Shown: piece after piece, positions 9,556-18,896 of the stretch | Position numbering within the stretch: the stretch's first letter is position 1 | Layout of the letters: each line of letters starts with the position of its first letter | NCBI GenBank assembly: GCA_965198675.1 | Contig: OZ240666.1 | Coordinates: forward strand, 2,656,666-2,720,665 | Direction: 5' to 3' | Source of the DNA: Prochloron sp. | GTDB lineage: Bacteria > Cyanobacteriota > Cyanobacteriia > Cyanobacteriales > Prochloraceae | DNA: 64,000 nucleotides | Program-made: the position numbers and the translations under genes | Notes under the pieces: generated by a model | Told to the model about the DNA's origin: nothing | Databases searched by the model: none | The model's input: the letters and a program-made list of their open reading frames with translations, nothing else

Positions 9556-9732
9556 TCAGCCTCCAGTTTTTTTTGTGAGATATTTTGGTCCTGGATTCAG
9601 TACCGAACGCTTCGATTTTTGCTCACGTTCCCGAAGTGCCATAACTATCCGCTTAATATCGTGTCCATAAAAAGCTGCATGTTCCTCACGGTACTTGCGC
9701 ACCTCTGCAACAATTGGATCCTCAATCACCAT
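9556..9732 (-). CDS. small conserved hypothetical protein (58 aa)
   Basis: My hand translation is MVIEDPIVAEVRKYREEHAAFYGHDIKRIVMALREREQKSKRSVLNPGPKYLTKKTGG*. A GGAGG lies 6 nt upstream of the ATG. It falls below the ORF-track length cutoff. Confidence 0.4.
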   Translation of the reverse strand: MVIEDPIVAEVRKYREEHAAFYGHDIKRIVMALREREQKSKRSVLNPGPKYLTKKTGG

Positions 9733-9767
9733 TATCTCCTCCCAATTCTTCAGGTAAACACAGTTGC

Positions 9768-9800
9768 AAGCATACTAAATTTAGCGTAATTTGTATGCTT
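9768..9800 (-). promoter_or_regulatory. possible operator palindrome upstream of the 58-aa gene
   Basis: The arms AAGCATAC and GTATGCTT are 8 bp each, separated by 17 nt. The site lies between a TATAAT-like box (about 9856-9861 on the minus strand) and the ATG at 9732. Confidence 0.2.
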
Positions 9801-10044
9801 AAAATTCCACGGGGTGCTCACGATAAGACATCAACAACAGTTTTGTACTTTTCCATTATAATATAACAAGCTTATTCATTAGGCGATCGCCCTGATTTTG
9901 CCATAGCTAGTGAGCCAGAAAAGTTCATCCCGTAGGTTGGGTTGAAGAATGAAACCTAACACAAATCACCAAGGAAGGTGCGTTATTAACGCACCTACAA
10001 GACCAAATGATCGATATAACTTTTCTAACTAATGAACAATCGCT

Positions 10045-10890
10045 GGCGTTGGTAAATCGAGGGATGAAAGAACAAATGTGCGACCTAGCTAGGCAGGGAC
10101 AGGAACTTCCCAGAATTTGAGGTAATGAACCAGAAGCCGAATTGAATGGGACAGCATGTTCTGAGACTTAGAGTAGCACAAGGTTTTTCGGTGTAAGCGC
10201 GCTAGATAATGACGCAAACGAGTATTCTCTCCCTCAACCCTTGTCATGTACGTCTTGCTTACAATTTGGTCCCCAGGAGGAATAAATTTCGGATAGACAA
10301 CATAACCATCACTAACCCAAAAGTAGCACCTCCACCACTCAATCATTTGCCACAAAATATTGAAAGTCTCACTACTGCGATCTGTGGGAACAGATCTGGC
10401 ATCGCCAACAACCCAGGAGAGAATACCAGGTCGAAAGTGCTCCACGGAGGTCCAGAGCCACACTTTATTCTTCTTGTTTCCGACAAAGGTTTTTACCTCG
10501 TCCAGTTCTCCGACTTCAGGTAGTTCATCTGGATCATAGGCCATTGGTAATCCTTCACCCACTGCCTTAATCCACTGCAAAATGATGGTGTGAGATACTC
10601 CTGCTACTCTACTAATCCCCCTGATTCCCATGCCATTGACGTACATCTTCAAGCAGATCCTTTTAACATCGTCACTGTCTCCCCGCTTTGTGTACACATC
10701 AATAAACTGACGATCTCAGTTCACACAGATATGATTCTGCTTGTCTCGACGATGCCCGTTTTTATGGATATGCTGACTTCCACATTCTGGACACTTCATA
10801 TACTTTGACCAAAGAGCACTATCGCTTGCATTGTCTCACAGATTCTTTATCAATCTATTTCTCTTTTTCATCCCTCGATTTACCAACGCC
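10045..10890 (-). mobile_element. IS1-family insertion sequence, copy A (846 bp)
   Basis: It carries 25-bp terminal inverted repeats: GGCGTTGGTAAATCGAGGGATGAAA at 10045-10069 and its complement at 10866-10890. It is near-identical to copy B at 13457-14302 in the opposite orientation. Confidence 0.85.
10089..10799 (-). pseudogene. IS1-family transposase with in-frame TGA at codon 28
   Basis: The translation is MKCPECGSQHIHKNGHRRDKQNHICVN*DRQFIDVYTKRG..., where copy B has ..CVNCGRQF. The stop lies at 10718-10716. The rest of the frame stays open to 10089. Confidence 0.8.
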
Positions 10891-12572
10891 CCATTTCTGT
10901 TCCTCTTAAATATTTGGCTACACATTCGGTCACAAGTAAAAGACCCGACGCCGAATTTACGTGGGAATACAGAAACAGAGAAGAACTGCCATCGCGAGTA
11001 AATGTGACTTACCTGGATGTTAACCTAAATTACTCTCAAAATACCCAAGGATATAAAAGGCAGTTAGTTTCCCAAGAGAACAATAGGGAAGTAAAACTTC
11101 CCTTGGTTTTGACGGCAGGAGAAGCTAGAACTATAGCAGAAAGAACTCTTATTCTCCAGTGGGGAGAAGGGACTGAAACAGTGAAATTAGAGCTTCCACC
11201 CGCCTTGCTCTACGTGGAAGTTGGGGATATTTTGATTCTTCCTGGAAGTGATATTCCTTTGGAGATTATCCAACTCAACATAGGAGCTAATTTTCGGATT
11301 TCTGTTGAGTGTCGCCCTTTTGACAAGCAAGTATTGAACTTCACGAGGTCCTTGACGCAGTTGAACCCAATTGATTTTACTCCTCTCTCGCGGGGAATTC
11401 CCTATAGCGTTAGAACTAGCGCCAGGGGATCCTCTGGCGTTGTTGTGACCAGAAAAGCGCAAGCTAATATCGTTTATCGGGAGGGAATTGATTATAATTA
11501 CGTCTCAGAAAACAGTACCATAACTATATTGCCAAGGGGAAATATAGAACCTGGAGAAAAGTTGAGCATTATAGGAGAGGAAGAACCAGAAACTACTCCT
11601 TTAGGAGCGAGTTTTCCTAGTCATACTTCTTTTTAAATTTTCGATATACCATTGATTGATGCTAATTCCAAAGAGGGGCTGTATTACTTGGCTAATGGGG
11701 ATGATGGCTGGAGAGGAGGAACTCTTTATGCAAGTTTAGACGACTCTAGATACACTTTACAGGGGAGAATTGAAGACCGAGGAGTCTTTGGAGTTTGCAA
11801 TAATATTCTCGGTTATGTATTAGACTACTCAATAGTAGATAGAATCAATACTATAACCGTGGTGCTTACAGGAGATTTAGTAGCGATGGAAAGTGTTACC
11901 GATGTAGACCTTAACAATGGTTTAAACAAAGCTCTTGTGGGAAACGAAATCATCCAGTTTCAAAACGCGATAGAGAATGCAGATGGGTCGTGGACCTTGA
12001 GTACTTTGAGAAGAGGAATCAGAGGGACAGAGAAAGCTATTGCAGGACATGAGGAATCGGAAAGATTCGTATTGCTTTCTGGAGATGATGCTGTGATTGA
12101 GGTATTACCTAGCATTGTACCGAGAGTAGGGACCACTATCTATTTCAAGATGGTTAGTCCAGGACAAGAACTGTCAAGAATACCGGCTATATCTATGGAG
12201 ATAGAAGGAAAGGCTTTTCGTCCTTATGCTCCCACCAACCTAGTTGCTAGTATCAAGACAACCGGAGATATAGCTATCACCTGGACTCGTCGCGATAGGC
12301 GAGCGGGGGACTAGAAACGTTCCTATCCGTTTCTCCCCCTCTCAGAGGGAAGCGAAAGTTACGAAGTAAAAATTACCACTAGAAATGGGAGAAGACTTAG
12401 AGCAATTGCTACCACCTCCCCTTCTGCTGTTTATTCGGCGCAAGACCAGGTCACGGATTTTGGAACTACTGCTACAACTATCACAATCGCTGTTTCCCAA
12501 AAATCAAGAACAGTAGGGAATGGAGAGAGCATAGAAACCACCATTAGGGTTCCTGCCAAACCGCCTAATTGA
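10891..12572 (+). pseudogene. phage/GTA tail host-specificity protein (gp15/J-like, Phage-tail_3 type), C-terminal half only
   Basis: A single frame is open right from the IS1 boundary and is interrupted by TAA at 11634-11636 and TAG at 12312-12314. The tail ..ITWTRRDRRAGD*KRSYPFLPLSEGSESYEVKITT..RLRAI..SPSAVYSAQDQVTDFGTTATTITIAVSQKSRTVGNG matches the conserved C-terminus of GTA ORFg15-like proteins (from memory). Confidence 0.55.
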
Positions 12573-12709
12573 GAACTATTCAATTGAGTAGCTATTTATA
12601 CTTTTATTATTATTTTAGTATCTATGTATACTTTTATTACTATTTTACAAAATAGGTGCTGGTAAATCAAATCCATGTTATATTTGCTAAATACCTTATG
12701 ATTTTGCCA

Positions 12710-13216
12710 ATGAACAACATCATGATTCCTCAAGTGTCAAAAAAAATTTGCTCCATTTTTATTACCCTACTCGTCTGTTTAACAGTCACATTCTCCACTC
12801 TTCTTACACCTGTTTTTATTTCTCCTCTTTCAGAGGCATCAGCACAAACCGTTACAGAACGACCATTTAGCGAGCAGGGTGGTTGTAAATCTCCACCAAC
12901 GACATGGGATCAAAAACGTCGTTCTTGCAACGACTTTTTTACATGGCCCGACACCGAGCAAGAGCGTCCAAACGGTAATTACAGTATTATTAAGAGTTCC
13001 GTAGTGGTAGAGCAACTAGATCGACGTGGTACTGGTGGAGGTTGCGAGCCTTCGTATATTGAAGAAGAAATTGTAATCGATCTTCCTGAAATCGGTCCAA
13101 CAATTGTTTCTTTAGTAAAAGGGGTTAAAATTTCGTTCAACGCAAGAGGAAGTAAGAACCCTAATACAACAGGAAGAATCGAATGTAAAGTATCTGGAAG
13201 ATATTCTTCACAATAG
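12710..13216 (+). CDS. secreted hypothetical protein
   Basis: It has a signal-peptide-like N-terminus (KKICSIFITLLVCLTVTFSTLLTPVFISPLSEASA) and a Cys-containing mature part. The surrounding context is AT-rich. Confidence 0.4.
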   Translation: MNNIMIPQVSKKICSIFITLLVCLTVTFSTLLTPVFISPLSEASAQTVTERPFSEQGGCKSPPTTWDQKRRSCNDFFTWPDTEQERPNGNYSIIKSSVVVEQLDRRGTGGGCEPSYIEEEIVIDLPEIGPTIVSLVKGVKISFNARGSKNPNTTGRIECKVSGRYSSQ

Positions 13217-13241
13217 TTTTATCTGGCCCGATGTTGTTGAA

Positions 13242-13456
13242 CTAAGCCAGACAGTCGCCCGTCTGACTTAGTTCAACAGGTTTCCCCTGTAATACGAAAA
13301 GGATATATTTAAAAGCAGATATTTTGATTATATCAATTAAAAAGATTAGTCTATCCCTATTTAACTGGTGCTCTGCTTTATGGTAGAGTCTTGGAGACTC
13401 CCAAACCTCACCATTGTTATCAGCAAAGAAGTACTTTAGGCCCAAGTCCAAGCCTA
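13242..13456 (-). pseudogene. TnpB (IS200/IS605 OrfB) fragment interrupted by IS1 copy B
   Basis: ..(V)GLDLGLKYFFADNNGEVWESPRLYHKAEHQLNR contains the RuvC-I Asp motif region. The frame continues in phase across the IS1 into 14303-14372 (..YIGFDHGSQPIIPFEPK|VGLDLG). Homology is lost after ..QLNR. Confidence 0.55.
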
Positions 13457-14302
13457 GGCGTTGGTAAATCGAGGGATGAAAAAGAGAAATAGATTGATAA
13501 AGAATCTGTGAGACAATGCAAGCGATAGTGCTCTTTGGTCAAAGTATATGAAGTGTCCAGAATGTGGAAGTCAGCATGTCCATAAAAACGGGCATCGTCG
13601 AGACAAGCAGAATCATATCTGTGTGAACTGTGGTCGTCAGTTTATTGATGTGTACACAAAGCAGGGATACAGTGACGATGTTAAACGGATCTGCTTGAGG
13701 ATGTACGTCAATGGCATAGGACTCAGGGGGATTAGCAGAGTAGCAGGAGTATCTCACACCATCATTTTGCAGTGGATTAAGGCAGTGGGTGAACGATTAC
13801 CAATGGCCTATGATCCAGATGAACTACCTGAAGTCGGAGAATTGGACGAGGTAGAAACCTAAGTCGGGAACAAGAAGAATAAAGTGTGGCTCTGGACCGC
13901 AGTGGATCACTTTCGACCTGGGATTCTCTCCTGGGTTGTTGGCGATGCCAGATCTGTTCCCACAGATCGCAGTAGTGAGACTTTCAATATTTTGTGGCAA
14001 ATGATTGAGTGGTGGAGGTGCTACTTTTGGGTTAGTGATGGTTATGTTGTCTATCGGAAATTTATCTCTCCAGGGGACCAAATTGTAAGCAAGACGTACA
14101 TGACAAGGGTTGAGGGAGAGAATACTCGTTTGCGTCATTATCTAGCGCGCTTACACCGAAAAACCTTGTGCTACTCTAAGTCTCAGAACATGCTGTCCCA
14201 TTCAATTCGGCTTCTGGTTCATTACCTCAAATTCTGGGAAGTTCCTGTCCCTGCCTAGCTAGGTCGCACATTTGTTCTTTCATCCCTCGATTTACCAACG
14301 CC
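13457..14302 (+). mobile_element. IS1-family insertion sequence, copy B (846 bp)
   Basis: It has the same 25-bp terminal inverted repeats as copy A (13457-13481 and 14278-14302). Confidence 0.85.
13548..14258 (+). pseudogene. IS1-family transposase with in-frame TAA at codon 105
   Basis: ORFs 13548-13862 and 13884-14258 are in the same frame. The sequence ..DEVET*VGNKKNKVWLW corresponds to ..DEVKTFVGNKKNKVWLW in copy A. Confidence 0.8.
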
Positions 14303-14722
14303 CTTTTGGCTCGAAAGGAATGATTGGTTGGCTGCCATGGTCAAATCCTATATATAGTCTGTGGTTCAGGTATCAATACTGCTTATCAGCAACCCTGACA
14401 AAATTTTATACTTCTCCATTATAACAGATTTAATTATTAATGTCAAGTCTTTTTTGGAAAATTTTTGAAATCTCTGAGGGCGATCGCAGAGTTCTGTAAT
14501 CAACCCCAGTTCTGTAATCAACCTCAAAAGCGACTTAAGAATATTTTAACATTTTATTACTTTATAAGTAAAAAACTTAGTTAAGCCAAATAAGTTAACT
14601 TAGTTATCTATAAATTTAGATATTACTTATGAAAATTTAAATTATCAAATACAACTTTTAACAAGCGTAAATAGCCTAGCTCATAGGGTTGATGCCTTTA
14701 AGATTCTCTTCACAGATACCCT

Positions 14723-15994
14723 CTAAGGATAAGTTACCAGTAAAGAGCCATCCGAACTATAAACTTCCAGAGGAATGCCAGTATTCTGACTAATATTAGC
14801 TATAGCATTTTCTACGCTGGAGATATGTTTCCTCAGTTCCTTTTGTATATCCCTATTGCCGTCAACTCTGGCTTGAAGTTCTATTTGCCACACTTCCATC
14901 ATATAATGAGAAGAAAGCATGACTTTTATCCTATTATCTTCAATCTTATAATCACAAATCTTTGTTTCCTGAGCACAAATTTGCTCTAAATAAAATTTAC
15001 CTTGCTCTTGTTTGAGAGCGAGTTGCAATCTAGCTTTTGCCTCTGCCAGTTGCCTGGTGAAATTTTCTTTTTGGGATAGAGTACGATTGTATTGAATACT
15101 CTGAACCGGAACCGAAGCCAAAGAGTTTAAAGCATTGTTCCAGCCCGAGACCGCTTTTGACCATTGATTCTTGGCAGCAGCATTTTGCGCTCGTTCAGCC
15201 CAACGAATAGCTTGTTCGTAAGCACCAAGAGCCAGTTGCTCCTGCTGTTTCCGTGAGCGAACCTCAGCTAACTTCTCAGCGAGGAGCGGTTTCAGTTCCT
15301 TTCCTTGCTCTTTGGCAGTAGTATTGGGGGGAATCTCTTCTAAGCGTTTAATGGCAGTTTCCCAGGTAGATTGAACTAATTGCCAGTTGTCTGGAGACTG
15401 AGCCACACTCTGACGCACTTGGGCAATACTAGCAGCTTGGAGGGCGGCTGCCAGTATTTCATTAGCCAAGCTCTCTTGCTGATAGAGGGCGATTTTCTCT
15501 TTTGCTTGAGGATACCACTGGCTATGGTTGGGCAATTGTTCTAAAAGAGCGATCGCCTCTTGCCACAGTTGCTGCATTTGGGTAGTAAGTTCAGGAGTCA
15601 AGGGCTGATTTTCAGCTAGAGCAACTGCTTGAGCAGCCCTAAGGTCAGACTTTAACACTAACTCTAATATAGCTCTACGCGCTTCATAGGTTTGGAGCAG
15701 TTTTTCTGCCCTCTTACCATGTCTGGATATTGGAGCAATATTGTGCAAAATCTCAATAGAAGAATTTAACTCCTCTAAACTTGCTAAAATTGCTCTTTCA
15801 GAGTCATTTTTTCCCTCTACTATTTCTTCCCAAGACTGGGCTAACTGTTGCGCCCGATTTAAAGCAGAACAACCACCAATAACGCAATGCTTCCAGAGCA
15901 GATAAATGGTACTGGAGAGCGTTACCAAACTGATACTGGCGAAGATTATTAACTTATAGCGCTTTGGGCGGTTTTGTCTGGTGGGTAACCTCAT
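14723..15994 (-). CDS. membrane-anchored coiled-coil protein, unknown function
   Basis: 423-aa ORF with one N-terminal TM helix (LIIFASISLVTLSSTIYLLW), followed by a long Ala/Gln/Glu-rich helical region. Confidence 0.5.
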   Translation of the reverse strand: MRLPTRQNRPKRYKLIIFASISLVTLSSTIYLLWKHCVIGGCSALNRAQQLAQSWEEIVEGKNDSERAILASLEELNSSIEILHNIAPISRHGKRAEKLLQTYEARRAILELVLKSDLRAAQAVALAENQPLTPELTTQMQQLWQEAIALLEQLPNHSQWYPQAKEKIALYQQESLANEILAAALQAASIAQVRQSVAQSPDNWQLVQSTWETAIKRLEEIPPNTTAKEQGKELKPLLAEKLAEVRSRKQQEQLALGAYEQAIRWAERAQNAAAKNQWSKAVSGWNNALNSLASVPVQSIQYNRTLSQKENFTRQLAEAKARLQLALKQEQGKFYLEQICAQETKICDYKIEDNRIKVMLSSHYMMEVWQIELQARVDGNRDIQKELRKHISSVENAIANISQNTGIPLEVYSSDGSLLVTYP

Positions 15995-16219
15995 AGGGGA
16001 GATGGGGGTATGGGGTTCGGGGTATGGGATCGTCCGAACGGGCGACTGCTATACTATTATATGAGATAGGAACAACGCCCTTCGCCCATGCAGCGGCTTT
16101 GCGCGAACCCAACCTCAAGGATTATTTGGCGATCGCCCGTAGCCCCCCTCCTGGGAGGGGGGTTGGGGGGGTGGGTACAACCCCCCATCATACGCCCAAC
16201 TGTCATGGTACAAGGTCAC

Positions 16220-16514
16220 CTTTCAATTACCAGTGACCAGTAATCACGTACCATGGTAGCAGCTCAACCTTGGGTTTGAGGCCCCCACCTTTCAGTTACC
16301 AGTGACCAGTAATCACGTACCATGGTAGCAGCTCAACCTTGGGTTTGAGGCCCCCACCTTTCAGTTACCAGTGACCAGTAATCACGTATCATGGTAGCAG
16401 CTCAACCTTGGGTTTGAGGCCCCCACCTTTCAGTTACCAGTGACCTTGTACCATGACAGTGACCAGTAATCACGTACCATGGTAGCAGCTCAACCTTGGG
16501 TTTGAGGCCCCCAC
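16220..16514. repeat. 69-bp tandem repeat, four units (the fourth carries a 19-nt insertion)
   Basis: The unit is CTTTCAGTTACCAGTGACCAGTAATCACGTACCATGGTAGCAGCTCAACCTTGGGTTTGAGGCCCCCAC. Units lie at 16220, 16289, 16358 and 16427 (88 nt). A single copy occurs at 31339-31407. Confidence 0.9.
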
Positions 16515-16592
16515 CACTTATTTGGTGGCAAGCCACTTATTGGTGGAAGGTAACTGGTAACTGCCTGACTGCCCCGGTTGGCATGAGCAGGA

Positions 16593-16763
16593 CTGGTAAC
16601 TGGTAACTGGTAACTGGTAACTGGTAACTGGTAACTGGTAACTGGTAACTGGTAACTGGTAACTGGTAACTGGTAACTGGTAACTGGTAACTGGTAACTG
16701 GTAACTGGTAACTGGTAACTGGTAACTGGTAACTGGTAACTGGTAACTGGTAACTGGTAACTG
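16593..16763. repeat. heptamer array (CTGGTAA)n, about 24 units, STRR-like
   Basis: A perfect 7-nt periodicity is visible directly. The ORFs reading YQLPVTS here are translation artefacts. Confidence 0.95.
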
Positions 16764-16800
16764 TCATGGTACAAGGTCACTGTTTTACTGATTGAGTGTG

Positions 16801-17985
16801 CTATGGTGATGTAGAGAGACGTTGAACTGATTCTCCTCCTAAAAGGCGATCTGCATCAGCCAATAAGGCGGGTATTTTATCTTTATGAGGACTATTAGCA
16901 AGACATTGACTCAGATCCAGAGTAGAAACTACCTCTGCTTTTGCACCGGGAAACCAGTGACCAGCATTGCCCAATAAATTATAGCGCATTTTCCCATAAT
17001 CCAGCATATCGTAGGCTAGTGCCAGGTTTCTGAGCCAGAGAATCACTGGTATATTAATATTACTGGGAGTTTCTTCCACTGAGGGTAAACCAACGTGCCA
17101 AGTGCGATACCAATCTTCCCCCAAACAGGCGATCGCCTCATTTTCCAAACGGGCTAAAATGGGTGGTAAAATTTCCTCCGCCCTATCTAATAAGGGCAAT
17201 ACTCCCAAATGTTCTTCAAAATCCGTCGGTCGCGCTGCTCCCAAACTGAGAGTATGAACTTGACTATGACTGAGACAAAATAAGTCATTGAAAACCATAG
17301 GAGTCAAAGGCTGACACAAATCCACCAACTTCGGTGACGGTTGGTACAGTTTTCCCCCCTTATCGGAAGGACTGATAATAAAAACCCCTACATCGTGTTT
17401 TTGGGCAGCTTCAATTGCAGCCCAATTAAACTGATTAATCCAGTACCAATGAAGGTTGACATAGTCAAACTGTTTCGTAGTAATGGTTTTGACAATTATA
17501 TCTGTAGGTCCATGGGTGGAGAAACCGATAAAGCGAACTTTTCCTTCTGCTTGAAGTTTTCTCGCCTCATCCAGACAACCTCCGGGTCTAATACTCCAGT
17601 CTAATATTTCTTGGTTATTAATGCCATGGAGTCCTAGCAAGTCAACGTAGTCCAACTTCAGGAAAGAGAGAGACTGGTTAAATTTCCGTCGAAAATCTTT
17701 TGGCTCTGATGTGGGAGAAACTTTAGTTTGGATAATCAGTTTTTCACGAGTAAAAGTGGGGATAATTTCACCCAATTGCATCTCAGAAGTACCATAACCC
17801 CGTGCCGTTTCAATGTGGTTAATGCCCAGATCCAGAGCACGATGAATAGTCTGGGACAAATTGCGCTGATTTTCCTCAGGAATTTCTGAAGACGGTACGT
17901 CCTGCCACTTGTATTGGTATCTCATTCCCCCGCAGGAGAAAATAGGGATCTGTAATTCTGTGCGACCAAACCGTCGATATTTCAT
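16801..17985 (-). CDS. aldo/keto reductase
   Basis: MKYRRFGRTELQIPIFSCGGMRY.., LGINHIETARGYGTSE and GKVRFIGFSTHG are the typical AKR motifs. Confidence 0.75.
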   Translation of the reverse strand: MKYRRFGRTELQIPIFSCGGMRYQYKWQDVPSSEIPEENQRNLSQTIHRALDLGINHIETARGYGTSEMQLGEIIPTFTREKLIIQTKVSPTSEPKDFRRKFNQSLSFLKLDYVDLLGLHGINNQEILDWSIRPGGCLDEARKLQAEGKVRFIGFSTHGPTDIIVKTITTKQFDYVNLHWYWINQFNWAAIEAAQKHDVGVFIISPSDKGGKLYQPSPKLVDLCQPLTPMVFNDLFCLSHSQVHTLSLGAARPTDFEEHLGVLPLLDRAEEILPPILARLENEAIACLGEDWYRTWHVGLPSVEETPSNINIPVILWLRNLALAYDMLDYGKMRYNLLGNAGHWFPGAKAEVVSTLDLSQCLANSPHKDKIPALLADADRLLGGESVQRLSTSP

Positions 17986-18308
17986 ATCTTATCAGTTAGA
18001 ATTTTCTACATTGTATTAATAATTGTAAAACTGTCTTGACAGAGAGAGGGATATTGAATCTAATAGGACAAAACTTTCCTGGGATCGGTTTCAATCGTCA
18101 GAGTTGCCGAGTAATCTACTTTCTACCACATCTACCCTAGATTTGTCCAGCAGCCATTGAGCAATTGTTATCTTACGCTGCTCCTCGCTCTCCTCTCAAT
18201 CAGTGACCTTGTACCATGACAGTTGACAGTTTTTAGTATTCAGTTATCGTTAATTTGGTGGGGGCTCAGACAGGGTAAGCGCAAGAAAAAAAAGGACGAA
18301 ATAAGCAT

Positions 18309-18798
18309 CTAGGGAGAAGCGGAAGCAAGAACAGGTCGAAGATAGTCAGAACTCATAGAAGCGAGTCTCCCCTTCTGACGAAGACTATACCGAGAGGAAG
18401 TTTCCTGATTCAAAATGCCAATGGCAAGTCGTCGGAGCAAAGAGAAATTCTCTGGGCCATGACCAAGTCTCTTCCGAGAACGGTCTTCAGAAAAAGTCAC
18501 ATCAAGAACCCAAACTTGACGACGCTCTCGTCGATAATGACCAGCCTCAACCCGAATATCATGGTCAACATTTAGACCTTCAAAGTCTGTCGGCCTGCGG
18601 GATCGCTTGAGAAAAAAGGTCTATCCGGGCAAATACTCTTCTGTAGCAGTCTGCGTGCGGTATTCCATGGGGCAGGTCTAGAAATGTTTCTAGCCATTGC
18701 TGATTCGCTTTTGCATACAACTCTATATCCTCCCATCCTTGGGCTCTATCATCACTACACAACCCACCCCTTCCAACGCATCTGTACTTCTTCGGCAT
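18309..18798 (-). pseudogene. ISAs1-family transposase remnant with large internal deletions
   Basis: The N-terminal piece is ..AQGWEDIELYAKANQQWLETFLDLPHGIPHADCYRRVFARID. The C-terminal piece is ..VWVLDVTFSEDRSRKRLGHGPENFSLLRRLAIGILNQE. Both match conserved ISAs1 blocks, and most of the DDE core is absent. Confidence 0.6.
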
Positions 18799-18896
18799 CT
18801 ACCGCTTTTTTCAGGACTGGCGTCTTTTTTTGCTGCTGGCTTTGGGTTGAAGCAAATCCTTGGGGCATTTGGCTTTCTTTTTTTAGTGTTTTTCCC

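Noticed and set aside
13237-13276. A 16-bp-stem hairpin as a bidirectional rho-independent terminator after the 12710-13216 gene
   Set aside because: No T-tract follows the stem on either strand, so I cannot support a terminator call. It is mentioned instead as a possible IS605-type end relic.
10045-14302. Composite IS1 transposon carrying cargo
   Set aside because: No target-site duplication flanks the pair. The cargo is a pseudogene, a small secreted ORF and a TnpB stub. Each IS interrupts a different remnant, so two independent insertions are more likely.
16220-16514. Possible CRISPR array, since it shows regularly spaced repeats
   Set aside because: The 69-bp units abut directly with no unique spacers. 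No cas genes are present in the window.
16490-16780. ORFs of 96 and 76 aa reading (YQLPVTS)n, and the similar 31383-31583 ORF
   Set aside because: They are simply translations of the heptamer array. They have no start context and no non-repeat coding sequence.
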